Shown piece after piece: positions 48,199 to 59,416 of a DNA stretch of 64,000 bases; positions within the stretch are counted from its first letter, which is position 1, and the number at the start of each line of letters is the position of its first letter. Position numbers and translations under genes: made by a program. This DNA is from Rubripirellula sp. (GTDB lineage Bacteria; Planctomycetota; Planctomycetia; Pirellulales; Pirellulaceae). Under the pieces are notes generated by a model, which worked only from the letters and a program-made list of their open reading frames with translations, searched no databases and was not told the DNA's origin. Where the stretch lies: the NCBI GenBank assembly GCA_965216875.1, contig OZ244207.1:3712001-3776000 (forward strand). The letters run 5' to 3'.

Positions 48199-49353
48199 AT
48201 GAACGAAACAGAACGCAACGCCCGTTTTCGCGAGATTCGAGACAAGGTCGAAGCCGATGCGCGACTTTCGCTCGACGATGGCATCTTCCTTTACGACCCT
48301 CAGGTGCCACTGCAAGCGGTCGGCGAATTGGCCAACCTGGTTCGTGAACGCAAGAACGGCAACGTCGGCTATTTCAACATCAACACTCACCTGAACCCGA
48401 CCAACGTTTGCGTCTACCGTTGTCGGTTCTGTGCTTTCCGAAGTGACCTGCGTGACCCCAAGGGTTATGCAATGAACGACGAACAGATTCTTGAGCGCGG
48501 ACGCGAAGCGACCGAAAACGGTTGCACCGAAATGCACATTGTCGGCGGATTGCATCACCAGAAGCCGTACGAATGGTATCGCCATATCATTGAACTGCTG
48601 CATGAGCACTACCCTCAAATCCACTTGAAGGGTTGGACCGCAGTCGAAATCAATTGGTTTGAATTTCAAACCAAGAAATCAATCCGCTGGGTGCTCGAAG
48701 ACTTGAAAGAAGCCGGTCTGGGCAGCATGCCCGGTGGAGGCGCCGAGATCTTTCACCCCGAAGTTCGTGAGCAACTTTGCGAACACAAAGCCAACACGCA
48801 CGCTTGGCTTGATATTCATCGCACGGCTCACGAAGTGGGACTACGCACCAACTGCACGATGCTTTACGGGCATGTCGAAAGTGCGTTCCACCGGATTGAC
48901 CATCTGCTGCGATTGCGGGACCTGCAAGATCAAACGGGTGGCTTCCAGGTTTTCATTCCACTTGCGTTCCATCCTGAAAACACAAAGTTGTCCGACCTGA
49001 AAAAACCATCGGCTTTGACGGACCTGCGGACCATGGCGATCAGTCGCTTGATGCTCGACAACGTGCAACACATCAAGGCGTACTGGATCATGCTCGGCGT
49101 CGAAACGGCTCAAACGGCACTCGCCTACGGAGCCGACGACATTGACGGGACAGTTCGCCACGAGCTGATCTATCACGATGCCGGTGCAACGACGCCACAG
49201 TGTTTGACCGTGGACACGATCAAGAACCTGATCGCCGAAGCGGGTCGGGAGCCGATCGAACGCGATACGGTCTATCGCCGCGTTCACCGCGACCCCAACG
49301 ACTACTCCAAGTGGCATTCAGGCGAATCGGTCGACGCAGCGGTCACGGTATAG
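48199..49353 (+). CDS. mqnE: Aminofutalosine synthase (radical SAM)
   Basis: NPTNVCVYRCRFCAF, HIVGGLH, MPGGGAEIF, FIPLAFHP, HIKAYWIM, YGADDIDGTV. Confidence 0.88.
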   Translation: MNETERNARFREIRDKVEADARLSLDDGIFLYDPQVPLQAVGELANLVRERKNGNVGYFNINTHLNPTNVCVYRCRFCAFRSDLRDPKGYAMNDEQILERGREATENGCTEMHIVGGLHHQKPYEWYRHIIELLHEHYPQIHLKGWTAVEINWFEFQTKKSIRWVLEDLKEAGLGSMPGGGAEIFHPEVREQLCEHKANTHAWLDIHRTAHEVGLRTNCTMLYGHVESAFHRIDHLLRLRDLQDQTGGFQVFIPLAFHPENTKLSDLKKPSALTDLRTMAISRLMLDNVQHIKAYWIMLGVETAQTALAYGADDIDGTVRHELIYHDAGATTPQCLTVDTIKNLIAEAGREPIERDTVYRRVHRDPNDYSKWHSGESVDAAVTV

Positions 49354-49384
49354 ACCGTGATGGTTGATGTCACGCGTTGGAACT

Positions 49385-49431
49385 ACCCTCCCACTTGTGG
49401 GAGGGTCGGGCGCTAAAGCCCGGGGAGGGCC
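49385..49431. repeat. CCCTCCC...GGGAGGG palindromic intergenic repeat
   Basis: CCCTCCCACTTGTGGGAGGGTCGGG...CCCGGGGAGGG, with a related inverted copy at about 12928-12968. Confidence 0.6.
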
Positions 49432-49503
49432 GTGCGAGGCGCTGGCGAGCGTCGAGACGGCGACGCAACTTTTGCGTAGCGACAGGCGACAATGACTGCG
49501 GCC

Positions 49504-50415
49504 TCAATAATGGGCGCGGCATCGGAGCACGAAGGCGTTGTCAAACTCCGTGTTGCCTCGGGCCGACCGGTATTCAAGCTTTCGATCGAATGCAAAGCCT
49601 AGCTCGAGGACTCCGTCGGAGTTTTTTCCGAACGACTTCAACCCGAAGAGGACTCGAATATCGCGATAGGTGGCGTTGTCGTAGGCGCGGTTTTCACGTT
49701 CGATCGCCCAAGTATCACCACCGAGTTCGCCACTGACGTAAAGCGCTTGGCATTCGCCAACACGCATTTGCAACTTGGGTTTGGGGAACACCAATTCCCA
49801 CAGCAGATCATCGTGGGGACGAATCACGAAACCGGCTACAGGCAACAAACTGATGTCGTCTCGATCGAGGACGTCGACACCGAAAAGCGTGATGAAGCGG
49901 TCGTTGTGTTCGTGATAGGTCACCGCATGCCCAGGGTAGCGGACCCCTTTCCGCGCGCTGCCTTCGAAGTCACTGAAGGCCCCGACACCAAACTTCAAGT
50001 CGAGGTAGGTCCGGTGAGTCAGTTGTTTGCGGGCATGGTAGGCCATTTGAAAATCAAACAACCGCGCCGGCATGTCGGAGGGTGAAAGCGGGCCTCCCAT
50101 GAAGTGGAATCCGGTTCCGAAAACGAGCGCAGCATCACTCCCGAGATCAAGCGTCGGAAACGACTCAACGCTGAACCCGCCATACTCATCGCTGGCCAAC
50201 CAAGTCATGTCGCTTTGTGCGGAGTTGTAGCCGAGCCAATCGCCAAAGCGAACGTCATCGCCAGGCTCAGGTTCGTCCGTGTCACCGACACTCACTTCGA
50301 CGCCGCCCACTTCAACTTCGAGTGAAGTTTGCGCAACGTCACCATCTTCACTCGCCATCAAATTGATGCCGACTGCCGTCGACACGAATACAGCCAGAAC
50401 CATTCGTTTGATCAA
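49504..50415 (-). CDS. Putative outer-membrane beta-barrel protein
   Basis: Signal peptide, alternating beta strands (GVGAFSDFE, LLPVAGF, WELVFPKP) and C-terminal Tyr. Confidence 0.72.
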   Translation of the reverse strand: MIKRMVLAVFVSTAVGINLMASEDGDVAQTSLEVEVGGVEVSVGDTDEPEPGDDVRFGDWLGYNSAQSDMTWLASDEYGGFSVESFPTLDLGSDAALVFGTGFHFMGGPLSPSDMPARLFDFQMAYHARKQLTHRTYLDLKFGVGAFSDFEGSARKGVRYPGHAVTYHEHNDRFITLFGVDVLDRDDISLLPVAGFVIRPHDDLLWELVFPKPKLQMRVGECQALYVSGELGGDTWAIERENRAYDNATYRDIRVLFGLKSFGKNSDGVLELGFAFDRKLEYRSARGNTEFDNAFVLRCRAHY

Positions 50416-50704
50416 TCCACTGTCTCCACAGAGGGGCTAAGTAGTGTTCGACCCTACTGAAAAACTCTCACGGCGTTCAATGCCGACTCAGCAACGCCGC
50501 GCAAGAGTTGTGGAATTCTGCCTCGGTGGGGCCTTTTGCTGCGCTGTTTCACGACATTTCTTTTGGAATCTGGCCATTTTCGATAGGAAAAAAACTGGCA
50601 CGAATCGTGCAAGAGGTGTGAAACCAGTCGATCCGAGGGCAGATCGAAATCGTAGAAAGACTGTCCGAGATCAATAACCATCCGAGGTCGAAGGGAGGTG
50701 GGCG

Positions 50705-50914
50705 ATGTCAGATGAAATGTTTGCTCCAGATCGAGATCCGTCGGATCCGACGCCTAAGCAGATCGAAGAACGATCGAAACAGATCCGAAAAAGATGGAGT
50801 CACCGTGTGCTGCAACGGAGGCGAGTCAATCCACTGCACAATTGGTTGCCGCCATTGATCATGACGGTGGAACTTGTGCGCGAGATGAATGCGAGAGAAG
50901 CCGAAAGCGCCTAG
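50705..50914 (+). CDS. Small hypothetical protein (69 aa)
   Basis: GGGAGG RBS and DPTPKQIEERSKQIRKRWS. Confidence 0.65.
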   Translation: MSDEMFAPDRDPSDPTPKQIEERSKQIRKRWSHRVLQRRRVNPLHNWLPPLIMTVELVREMNAREAESA

Positions 50915-51095
50915 TCGATTGCGTTTTCAGCCAATACTTTTCCGCCGAATAGCGGCAAGCTTTTCGTTTGTGTTACTGCCATCACGGGTCGTAGCGACCT
51001 TCGCCAGCAGGTTTGTAGTACCGCCCTCAGGCGGCAAGTAGCAAGATTCCGGCTAAAACTCGGGACGACGAACCGTCGCTGGTCGCAAGAACCTT

Positions 51096-51133
51096 AAAAA
51101 AGGCCGCCGACGCTTTGAACACGTCGACGGCCC
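51096..51133 (-). terminator. Rho-independent terminator of the Ntn hydrolase gene
   Basis: GGCCGTCGACGT-loop-GCGTCGGCGGCC followed by TTTTTT on the minus strand. Confidence 0.75.
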
Positions 51134-51163
51134 CAAGGCAAATGCGCTTGATCGATTCGCTGA

Positions 51164-52189
51164 TCACTTCAATGCGTATCGTGTTGGATTCAACGCGTCG
51201 GTGACATCTCCCTGAACTTCTTCGGCGTCGAAAGTGACGCGTCCCGATTCGAAGTCGACTCGGTTCATATCGATCACGACGGGATTCAGGCGTTTTGTCG
51301 ATTGGAAAACAATCTTGCCTTCGCTCATGTCGTAATACGTTGTCCAGAGCGTTCCATATTTCCCTTTGGCTTCGGCGTCATAGACGCTGTATTGCCTTTG
51401 TCCTAATGACATGGCGTGCAACAGGTGGCGGCCCTGGACATAAGCAACTGTTGCGTCGGTAGGTGCATCCAGTTCTTGAATCTGGGTCAATGCATTGCTG
51501 ATGCGGACGAATCGGTCTTTTGAGTCGATGTCGCCGGGCATGTTCAAATCACCGCCCCATGGTTTGTAGTTCTCGAGATTCTCGAGTTGCTCGGGGATTT
51601 GCGGAGCATTGGTCATTACCGCTTGGTTTTCGTAGTAGGCGACGTTTCCATCGCGGAATTCAATCACGACAACGTTGCCTTGTCGGTCATTGATTTGGAA
51701 ATGGACGGGCACGTGCTTTTTGCCCTGGTCAGGAATGTCGACGATGCCTGCGTGAAGATCGATGCTCTTTAAGTTTGCGACCGCTTCATCCACCGTGGCG
51801 AATTGGCTGGCCACATAGTCGGTCAGCATGGGCAGGGAGACATCGCCTTTGGTTGGATCACGCTGGTCCTTGGAATAGCCAGCCGTTGAATCGTAGAGCA
51901 GCGCTGCACTCAGACCTGCTTCGTTGTGGGCTTCGATACCGACTTTGCCATGCACTTCGTAAAAGCCGATGTACCCGTATTTGACCGGCAGCTCGTTTCC
52001 GTTGTGCATCTGATAAGCCTGGTCGCGGCCGACTTTGCCAAAGGTCGGATGGACGTCGACGGCCCAATCGGTCGTACGGCTGATGACCGTCCCGTAGTTA
52101 CTTTTGAAAACCGCTCGGCTGCACGCCTCGGCGACAGTGACTGAACCGGCGACGATTGCGACAGCGGTGATGGCGAATAGGCGTTTCAT
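51164..52189 (-). CDS. Linear amide C-N hydrolase (choloylglycine hydrolase/penicillin V acylase family)
   Basis: Signal peptide ending AEA, then catalytic Cys (CSR), RTTDW, NEAGL, VMTNAP and MPGD..S.DRFVR. Confidence 0.9.
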   Translation of the reverse strand: MKRLFAITAVAIVAGSVTVAEACSRAVFKSNYGTVISRTTDWAVDVHPTFGKVGRDQAYQMHNGNELPVKYGYIGFYEVHGKVGIEAHNEAGLSAALLYDSTAGYSKDQRDPTKGDVSLPMLTDYVASQFATVDEAVANLKSIDLHAGIVDIPDQGKKHVPVHFQINDRQGNVVVIEFRDGNVAYYENQAVMTNAPQIPEQLENLENYKPWGGDLNMPGDIDSKDRFVRISNALTQIQELDAPTDATVAYVQGRHLLHAMSLGQRQYSVYDAEAKGKYGTLWTTYYDMSEGKIVFQSTKRLNPVVIDMNRVDFESGRVTFDAEEVQGDVTDALNPTRYALK

Positions 52190-52553
52190 CTTATTTCCCC
52201 CGTGTTTCGTTTGTCTTGCGTTGAAAACTACTTACAGATGGCACGACAACCGGCCTGGATTACACGACCGGCAAACTTTTCTTTCGCTCCCTGCGACCCG
52301 CCCCAATGTCAACACCGGTCCCTGCTGAAGAATCGTTAATGCCGTCACACTCGCATCCTTTTCACACGGGATGAAGGCTCTCTGGCGAGCTGGCCGATGC
52401 TTAGGTTGTTCACCCAATCCATCTTCCCTGGCTTGGGACACTGGCCCGCTCAGTGGTCAGCAACCACAACCCTGCCTTCCCAAATCAAGGTTGTGTCCCT
52501 GCGACACTGAACACCAGACATCCTCAAGCCAAAAATCGCGTTTGTCATCATCC

Positions 52554-53456
52554 ATGTCACACACAGAGATCATCGAATCGAGCACCGACGCCGAGCCGGT
52601 CGCCGCGAAGACACCGCGTGTTTCGCGAGCCACGGCCGCTCAGTCGCCGCTGGAAACCTACCTGCGTGAAATCAACGAAACCGCGCTGCTTTCGGCTGAC
52701 GAAGAACTGGAGCTTGCCGAGCGAATCGCTCAAGGCGATGTTCTGGCACGTGACCGAATGGTGCGAGCCAACTTGCGGTTGGTCGTCAACATCGCACGCG
52801 GCTACACCGGCAAAGGCCTCGGACTGCAAGACCTGATCGAGGAAGGCAACCTCGGACTGCTGCGGGCTGTCGAAGGTTTCGATCCAACCGTCGGAACCCG
52901 TTTCAGCACCTACGCAAGTTACTGGATCAAGCAGTCGATCAAGCGAGCCTTGATCAACAGCGCCAAGACGATCCGCATTCCCGCCTACATGGTGGAACTG
53001 CTGAGCAAATGGCGTCGCGCAACGGCACGACTGAGCGAAGAACTGGGACGCACACCGACCAACGAAGAAGTCGCTCGCGTCCTTGGACTGCCCAAGAAGA
53101 AGTTGCCGATCATTCGCAAAGCAATTCGCATCTCCAACTCCACCCCTCAAAGTGATCAAACCGAATCGGGTTGGTCACTGGGCGAAATGGTGATGGACGA
53201 GCGATTGAAGGCTCCCGATGAAGAGATGCTCGACCACGACATCCTTCGCCATGCGATGGAACTGTTGGGCGACCTGGAAGAACGTGAAGCGACCGTCTTG
53301 AAGCTCCGCTTCGGACTGGGGGGAACGGAACCAAAGACACTCAAAGAGATCGGCGCCGAACTCGGCCTGACTCGCGAACGAGTGCGTCAGATCGAAACCG
53401 AGGCATTGCGGCGCCTCGCTGACGGTCTGACCGACCCCCGAGAACGAAGTTTCTAG
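52554..53456 (+). CDS. RpoD/RpoS-family sigma factor (no region 1.1)
   Basis: YLREI, ANLRLVV.IA, DLIEEGNLGL, FSTYASYWIKQ, LTRERVRQIE. Confidence 0.93.
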   Translation: MSHTEIIESSTDAEPVAAKTPRVSRATAAQSPLETYLREINETALLSADEELELAERIAQGDVLARDRMVRANLRLVVNIARGYTGKGLGLQDLIEEGNLGLLRAVEGFDPTVGTRFSTYASYWIKQSIKRALINSAKTIRIPAYMVELLSKWRRATARLSEELGRTPTNEEVARVLGLPKKKLPIIRKAIRISNSTPQSDQTESGWSLGEMVMDERLKAPDEEMLDHDILRHAMELLGDLEEREATVLKLRFGLGGTEPKTLKEIGAELGLTRERVRQIETEALRRLADGLTDPRERSF

Positions 53457-53537
53457 TGAACGAAGCTTCTAGAGAGCGAAGTTTCTAGTGAACGTAGTTT
53501 CTAGTGAAAGCAGCTTCGAGTGATTGGAGCTTCGAGA
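53442..53537. repeat. 16-bp tandem repeat x6 (decaying) overlapping the sigma stop codon
   Basis: GAACGAAGTTTCTAGT and five progressively diverged copies. Confidence 0.85.
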
Positions 53538-53658
53538 ACTCTCTGAATCCCGTTTGTAGTACCGCCTTTCGACGGACAGGTACAGGGACTGCCGGCTAAA
53601 ACCGGTACTACAAACGGGCAGTCCTCGTCCGAGTGACGAACACCATTCAAACGCGACG

Positions 53659-53697
53659 AAAACGGCATGCCCGCATCCGCTGGGCGTGTCGTTTTTT
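53659..53697 (+). terminator. Rho-independent terminator
   Basis: AAAACGGCATGCCC-loop-GGGCGTGTCGTTTTTT. Confidence 0.7.
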
Positions 53698-53715
53698 GTT
53701 TGTGCACTGCGATGG

Positions 53716-53777
53716 TTCGGGGGATTGTCTGCGACGCTTCGGGGGATTGTCTGCGACGCTTCGGGGGATTGTCTGCG
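53716..53777. repeat. 22-bp tandem repeat, about 2.8 copies
   Basis: TTCGGGGGATTGTCTGCGACGC repeated. Confidence 0.85.
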
Positions 53778-53878
53778 GAGCTGATAGGGGAGTCTGCAAA
53801 ACGACCGGCGAGCGAGTAAAATCAGGTCGCTCGGAACCCACCTCGCATTTCTTGCCACTCCACGGATTGAGTCCACCA

Positions 53879-54919
53879 GTGCCGACTACCCTCCTAAAAC
53901 GATTCTCGTTTGCCTGCCTCGCCGCCCTTGTAATGTTTGGACCTGCCGTCGCTGGCGCTCCCCAAGACGCTCAAAAGAAGCCTGCCGAAGCGAAAAAAGA
54001 AGACGCCAAGCCGGACGATGCGAAGGGGAGAGAGGCTCCCGCCAAGGGCAAAGCCGACGAGAAAAAGGCTGAATCGAAAAAGCCGGCCGAGCAGAAGAAG
54101 CCTGCGGCCAAAGCTGACGACAAGAAACCAGAAAAGAAAAAGGAAGAGCCTCCCAAGCCCGTCTCCGCCTTCCCCGACAAGGCGCTCGAAGCTGCGGTGA
54201 GGGCCGAGGTCTTTGAAAAGCGATACAACGATCAGCCGATCACCAAGGAAGATGTCGCCAACATCTCCCGCGTGGTAGGGCGCGGCAAGAAGATCAAGAA
54301 CCTCGAAGGACTTCAACACTGCAAGGCGTTGATGTTGATCGACCTCGCTGACAACGAAATCGTGGACCTCAAACCGATCCGTGAACTCAAGCGTCTGCAA
54401 TCGGTCAATCTTGCCAACAACAAAGTCAAAGACATCAAACCCATCGCCGACCTAACGGGCATGCAGCTGCTCGATCTCTCCGGCAACGCAATCGAAAACA
54501 TCGATGCACTCAAAAAGATGGAGAACATGCGCAGCCTCTATTTGGCCAACAACCGTTTGACGAAGCTCGACGCGATTTCGGGGCTGTCAAAGATCTGGTC
54601 GCTCGATGCTTCCGGGAATCAATTGTCTGACCTCGGTCCGGTCGGCAAACTCGCATGGCTGACCACACTTGATGTTGCAAAGAATCAGATCAAATCGCTC
54701 GAGCCACTGACCACGCTCGGGGAACTCGACATGTTGCTGGTGGGTGACAACCAAATCAACGACCTCGGCCCACTGGTCGACATGTGCAAGAAGGACGCCG
54801 AAGGCGAGCGACGCTTTGCGCCGTACATGGAAGTTTACCTAGGCAAAAACCCAATCGACGAAAAGAAGAAGGCCGAGCAAGTCAAATCGCTCGAGTCGTT
54901 CGGCGTTGATGTGAAGTAA
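53879..54919 (+). CDS. Secreted internalin-like leucine-rich repeat protein
   Basis: Signal peptide after a probable GTG at 53879, Lys/Ala/Glu-rich linker, FPDKALEAAVR cap and 22-aa LxLxxNxIxDLxPL repeats. Confidence 0.88.
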   Translation: MPTTLLKRFSFACLAALVMFGPAVAGAPQDAQKKPAEAKKEDAKPDDAKGREAPAKGKADEKKAESKKPAEQKKPAAKADDKKPEKKKEEPPKPVSAFPDKALEAAVRAEVFEKRYNDQPITKEDVANISRVVGRGKKIKNLEGLQHCKALMLIDLADNEIVDLKPIRELKRLQSVNLANNKVKDIKPIADLTGMQLLDLSGNAIENIDALKKMENMRSLYLANNRLTKLDAISGLSKIWSLDASGNQLSDLGPVGKLAWLTTLDVAKNQIKSLEPLTTLGELDMLLVGDNQINDLGPLVDMCKKDAEGERRFAPYMEVYLGKNPIDEKKKAEQVKSLESFGVDVK

Positions 54920-54928
54920 GCCGATCTC

Positions 54929-55320
54929 GTGGCCACGCTCTGCGTGGTCACGCACTTTCTGGACGCTCCGCGTCCTCTTCGTAGGTCATGCTCCGCATGA
55001 CGAGCGTTCGCAATACGTGCCGGGAATGCAAAGCCCGGCCGCTTACGCGTTCGCGGCTCACCGGGCGCAGTTCGTAGTACCGAGCTTTAGCCGGAATCTT
55101 CAAGCTCTTCCGCCCAAAGGCGGGACGACAAACGGTGTCGACCGTGGGCAGTGCAAAGCCCGGCCGCTTACGCGATCACGGCTCACAGGGCGCAGTTCGT
55201 AGTACCGAGCTTTAGCCGGAATCTTCACGCTCTTCCGCCCAAAGGCAGGACGACAAACGGTGTCGACCGTTGGGATCAAGGCCCGACGCTACGCGTTCGG
55301 CTCACCTGTGAGCCACGGCT
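54929..55320. repeat. BIME-like REP mosaic with a 125-bp tandem duplication
   Basis: Units start at 55027 and 55152. GTAGGTCATGCTCCGCATGAC also occurs at 54981-55001. Confidence 0.88.
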
Positions 55321-58149
55321 CTACTTTGCGACCAGGTTGACCAAGCGTCCTGGGACAACGATCTGCTTGACAATCGATTTCCCATCGATGGCGGCTTGAA
55401 CTTTCTCATCGGCAAGCGCGGCAGCGATCACCGTATCTTGGTCGGCATCCGGTGCGACGTTGATTTTTGCTTTCACCTTACCGTTGATCTGAACAGGCAA
55501 CTCGATGCTCGATTCGACGAGTGCGGACTCGTCCCACTGCGGCCACGATTGAAGCGAGATCGAACCTTCTTCGCCGAGCGTCTTCCAAAGCTCTTCGGCA
55601 ATGTGTGGTGCGTAAGGCGACAACAACATCAAGAACGTTCGCATCGCTTCCTTGGGACGCTTTTCGCATCGAGTGAAGTGATTGGTGAACTCCATCATCC
55701 GTGCGATCGCCGTATTGAAGCTCATCGATTCGGTGTCTTCGGTCACCTTCTTGATCGTCTGATGCAAAACCCGAAGCTGCTCTTCGTCGCACGCATCGTC
55801 TGAGAGTGCGGGATGGAGCACCAACTCGTCTTCCTTGGTGTCAACAATCATGCGCCAAACGCGATCCAAGAAGTTCTTGACTCCGCCGACGCCCGCCATG
55901 CTCCATGGCTTGGTCGCTTCGAGTGGGCCCATGAACATCTCGTACAAACGCAACGCGTCGGCACCATACTCATCGACCACCTTGTCAGGGTTGACGACAT
56001 TGCCGCGACTCTTGCTCATCTTATGAGCACGACTATCGACGCGAATTTTGTCGTTGTCGACGCGAACGAATCCATCGCCTTTCTTTTCGACATCGTCTTC
56101 GGTGAGTTTCGATGCGGTGACCGAGCCGCCGGCCGAATCGACATACTCTCCTTCCTCATTGCGTTTGACGTCGCTGCTCGAAATCGATTCACCTGCCCCA
56201 TTGGCGTAGCCCGTGAACTCGACTTCGCCAAGGATCATTCCCTGATTAACCAAGCGACCAAACGGTTCAGCAGTGCTGACGTGACCGCGGTCGAAAAGCA
56301 CTTTGTGCCAGAACCGTGAATACAAGAGGTGCAACACAGCGTGCTCGGCGCCCCCGACGTACAAGTCGACGGGCATCCATGACTTTTCCTTTTCAGCGTC
56401 GACAAAGGCTGTGTCATTCTTGGGATCGATGTAGCGAAGGTAGTACCAACATGAACCGGCCCACTGCGGCATCGTGTTGGTTTCGCGACGATAACGTTTG
56501 CCGTCGATCGTGACGTACAACCAGTCATCCCCCGCTTTGGCCAACGGCGGCTCAGGACGCCCATGCGGTTTGTAGTCATCCAAATCGGGCAAGCGGACAG
56601 GCAACTCGCTCGCATCGACGGTCCGCTTGATGCCCGTAGGATTCCCCTCGTCATCCACTTCATGGAGCACGGGGAAGGGTTCGCCCCAGAATCGTTGGCG
56701 GCTGAACAACCAATCACGCAACTTGAAGTTGACCGCACTTTTACCTTGTCCGGCATCGTCAAGCGACTTGGTCACCGCAGCTTTCACATCGTCGGTTTGT
56801 TGTCCGTCGAAGGATCCGCTGTTGATCGCTTCGCCTTTGGCGACAAAGCAAACGTCGCCCGCCAAGATTCCTTCACGTTGCTCGTGATCTTCGGGCGGGT
56901 TCACGACCGGAATGACCTTCAAGTCAAACTGCTTTGCAAACTCAAAGTCACGATCATCGTGCGCCGGCACTGCCATGATCGCTCCGGTGCCGTAGCCAGC
57001 CAAAACGTAATCGGCGACCCAAATCGGAATCGATTCGCCGTTGACCGGGTTGATCGCATAGCCACCGGTGAAGACACCCGTTTTGACCTTGTCATCGGTG
57101 CGCTCGCGGTCACTCTTGAAAGAAGCCTTTTCGCAATACTGCTGGACCTCGTCGGATTGTTCCGACGACGTCAATGCCGCGAGCATCGGGTGCTCGGGCG
57201 AAACAACCATGTAGGTCGCGCCAAAAAGCGTGTCGGGACGCGTCGTGTAAATGCGAAGCGAATCGGTCCCAGGCTCCGCAGGAAATCCGGAATCAGCACG
57301 CGACGCTTGCCAAGCGTCAAAGCTCGCTTTGTCGCCGACGTAAAAATCAACTTCCGCACCGGTGCTGCGGCCGATCCAATCCTGCTGGAGTTTTTTGATG
57401 CCGGTGGGCCATGCCAAGTCGTCCAATCCATCCAACAACCGTTCCGCATAAGCGGTGATGCGAAGCATCCATTGGCGAAGCGGGATTCGTTTGACAGGGT
57501 GTCCGCCACGTTCGCTCTTGCCATCTTGGACTTCTTCGTTGGCGAGCACGGTACCGAGTCCAGGACACCAATTGACGAGCGCATCATCCTGATAGGCCAA
57601 GCGGTGATCGTCGCGATACTTTTCAACTGCCGCGTCACCTTCGGCCGTCACCTCATTGGGAATGGGCAACTCGGAAATCGGTCGTCCCTTTTGCTGGTCG
57701 GCGTCGAACCAGGTGTCGTACAAGACAAGAAAGATCCACTGCGTCCAACGAAAGTATTCTTCGTCGGTCGTCGCCAAGACGCGGTCCCAGTCGTAGCTGA
57801 ATCCAAGCATCTTCAACTGACGGGTGAAGTTGTCGATATTCTTTTGGGTTTGAATCCGTGGGTGTTCGCCCGTCTTGATCGCGTGTTCTTCAGCGGGCAA
57901 TCCAAAGGCGTCGAACCCCATGGGGTGAAGGACGCTTTCACCATTCATGCGAGCGAATCGCGAAACAATGTCGGTCGCGGTGTAGCCCTCGGGGTGTCCA
58001 ACATGAAGCCCGTCGCCGCTTGGATAGGGAAACATGTCCAAGACGTACCGTTTTTTTCCCGTCGGGTGGTCGGGCGTCGCGAACGTTCGGTTGGCCTCCC
58101 AATAGGCTTGCCAGCGAGGTTCGATTTCGGCGGGATTGTAGCGTGGCAT
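55321..58149 (-). CDS. leuS: Leucine--tRNA ligase
   Basis: [49 protein letters not shown]. Confidence 0.98.
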   Translation of the reverse strand: MPRYNPAEIEPRWQAYWEANRTFATPDHPTGKKRYVLDMFPYPSGDGLHVGHPEGYTATDIVSRFARMNGESVLHPMGFDAFGLPAEEHAIKTGEHPRIQTQKNIDNFTRQLKMLGFSYDWDRVLATTDEEYFRWTQWIFLVLYDTWFDADQQKGRPISELPIPNEVTAEGDAAVEKYRDDHRLAYQDDALVNWCPGLGTVLANEEVQDGKSERGGHPVKRIPLRQWMLRITAYAERLLDGLDDLAWPTGIKKLQQDWIGRSTGAEVDFYVGDKASFDAWQASRADSGFPAEPGTDSLRIYTTRPDTLFGATYMVVSPEHPMLAALTSSEQSDEVQQYCEKASFKSDRERTDDKVKTGVFTGGYAINPVNGESIPIWVADYVLAGYGTGAIMAVPAHDDRDFEFAKQFDLKVIPVVNPPEDHEQREGILAGDVCFVAKGEAINSGSFDGQQTDDVKAAVTKSLDDAGQGKSAVNFKLRDWLFSRQRFWGEPFPVLHEVDDEGNPTGIKRTVDASELPVRLPDLDDYKPHGRPEPPLAKAGDDWLYVTIDGKRYRRETNTMPQWAGSCWYYLRYIDPKNDTAFVDAEKEKSWMPVDLYVGGAEHAVLHLLYSRFWHKVLFDRGHVSTAEPFGRLVNQGMILGEVEFTGYANGAGESISSSDVKRNEEGEYVDSAGGSVTASKLTEDDVEKKGDGFVRVDNDKIRVDSRAHKMSKSRGNVVNPDKVVDEYGADALRLYEMFMGPLEATKPWSMAGVGGVKNFLDRVWRMIVDTKEDELVLHPALSDDACDEEQLRVLHQTIKKVTEDTESMSFNTAIARMMEFTNHFTRCEKRPKEAMRTFLMLLSPYAPHIAEELWKTLGEEGSISLQSWPQWDESALVESSIELPVQINGKVKAKINVAPDADQDTVIAAALADEKVQAAIDGKSIVKQIVVPGRLVNLVAK

Positions 58150-58408
58150 CGTGCGTCAGGGCCTGTTGTGTTTCGACCCCATCTGTCGGTGAGAATGGGT
58201 CGGCTGGTGTTGCTTCGGGTTGCTCGGCGGTTTCGACATGCTCATTGGGAGCCAAATTCCGCCTCGTGTGTTCAGCAAAATTCTAAGAAATCGAGCCCGA
58301 CGCGTAAGGTGCGTTGGGGCTGTGAAACTCATTCGGCCCCGGCCGGAGTGCGTTGGGCACGGCAATTTGAGCTTGACCCTTTCGCTCCAGGCTGGCTAAA
58401 GACCGATC

Positions 58409-59416
58409 ATGGTCGTGCGAAGAGCTGTTCTATCGGTATGCGCCGTCGCCGTGGCGTTCCTCGGCGGGTGCCGAATGAGCGCGCCGCTGCACGTCTGGCA
58501 AGAGCCGAAACTCGAGTCGACCGTTGGCAAAAAGGTCGCTCTTTCGCAGATTTCGTCCAGCCCCGATGCGGATTCCAAAGAACTTGGCCAGCGAATTACC
58601 GAGCGAATTGTCGAAACCGCACCGAGTGACCCGGGACGTGCGACTCACTTGGTGCCGGCCGAATCGCTCGAGCAGAAGTCAAAAATCCAACTCGTCTCCA
58701 CTACCGACCAACGGCCCAACGACCTTGCCCTCGCCTCCGTCGCCCGCAAAGAAGGTTACGACTTTGTGCTTCGAGGCGAGATTGTCGAAGACCGCTACGC
58801 CAAGTATCGACAAGATTCGGCGCATCGCCAGGATTCGGCTGAGGAAGAAGACGAAGAAACCGACAAGTCACTGGCGATCTCTTGGCGTCTGACCTCGCTG
58901 ACGGAAAACCGCCCCGCTGGCGGCTCGCCGGTCAGTATCGATGTCGAAACGGCGATCGAGCGTTATCCCGATCTCGGACTCACCACCGACCAAGACACGA
59001 TCCTGGCCGAAGCGATCTCGCGAGAGTCGCTGCGTTTGATTGCTCCGTGGATCGATCGTGAACAAGTGCAGATCGCGATTCCCTATTTATTGCCTGGCAG
59101 TCGCGACGTGCGTCGCGGAAACATCGCCGCGTTGTCAGGCCAATGGCAAGAAGCCGAGCGGATTTGGCAGGGAGCGTATGCGGCGCACCCCTCTCAAGTC
59201 GCAGCCCTCCATAATTTGGCAATCGCAGCAGCGGCTCGCCAAGATTTCTCGACCGCCAAACGTCTCGCTCGCAAGGCCGTCCGTCTTCAACCGACTTGGC
59301 TCAACAAGCACACCCTGGTTTGGGTCGAAGTGCGTCAGCGAGACTACCACGCCGCTTTCGACCTTCCCGATCCGCCCGAAGGCTGGTTCGTAACGAACTC
59401 GAAGGTTGGTTCGTAA
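58409..59416 (+). CDS. Lipoprotein with C-terminal TPR-like helices
   Basis: Lipobox LGGC and GQWQEAERIW...ALHNLAIAAAARQDFSTA. Confidence 0.8.
   Translation: MVVRRAVLSVCAVAVAFLGGCRMSAPLHVWQEPKLESTVGKKVALSQISSSPDADSKELGQRITERIVETAPSDPGRATHLVPAESLEQKSKIQLVSTTDQRPNDLALASVARKEGYDFVLRGEIVEDRYAKYRQDSAHRQDSAEEEDEETDKSLAISWRLTSLTENRPAGGSPVSIDVETAIERYPDLGLTTDQDTILAEAISRESLRLIAPWIDREQVQIAIPYLLPGSRDVRRGNIAALSGQWQEAERIWQGAYAAHPSQVAALHNLAIAAAARQDFSTAKRLARKAVRLQPTWLNKHTLVWVEVRQRDYHAAFDLPDPPEGWFVTNSKVGS

Noticed and set aside
47158..49353. Novel radical SAM/prenyltransferase natural-product cluster
   Set aside because: The motifs fit the ordinary futalosine menaquinone genes (mqnE plus MqnP-like UbiA).
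56563..58629. 688-aa ORF on the plus strand
   Set aside because: It is mostly antisense to leuS and has no recognisable motifs, as expected for a shadow ORF in a GC-rich genome.
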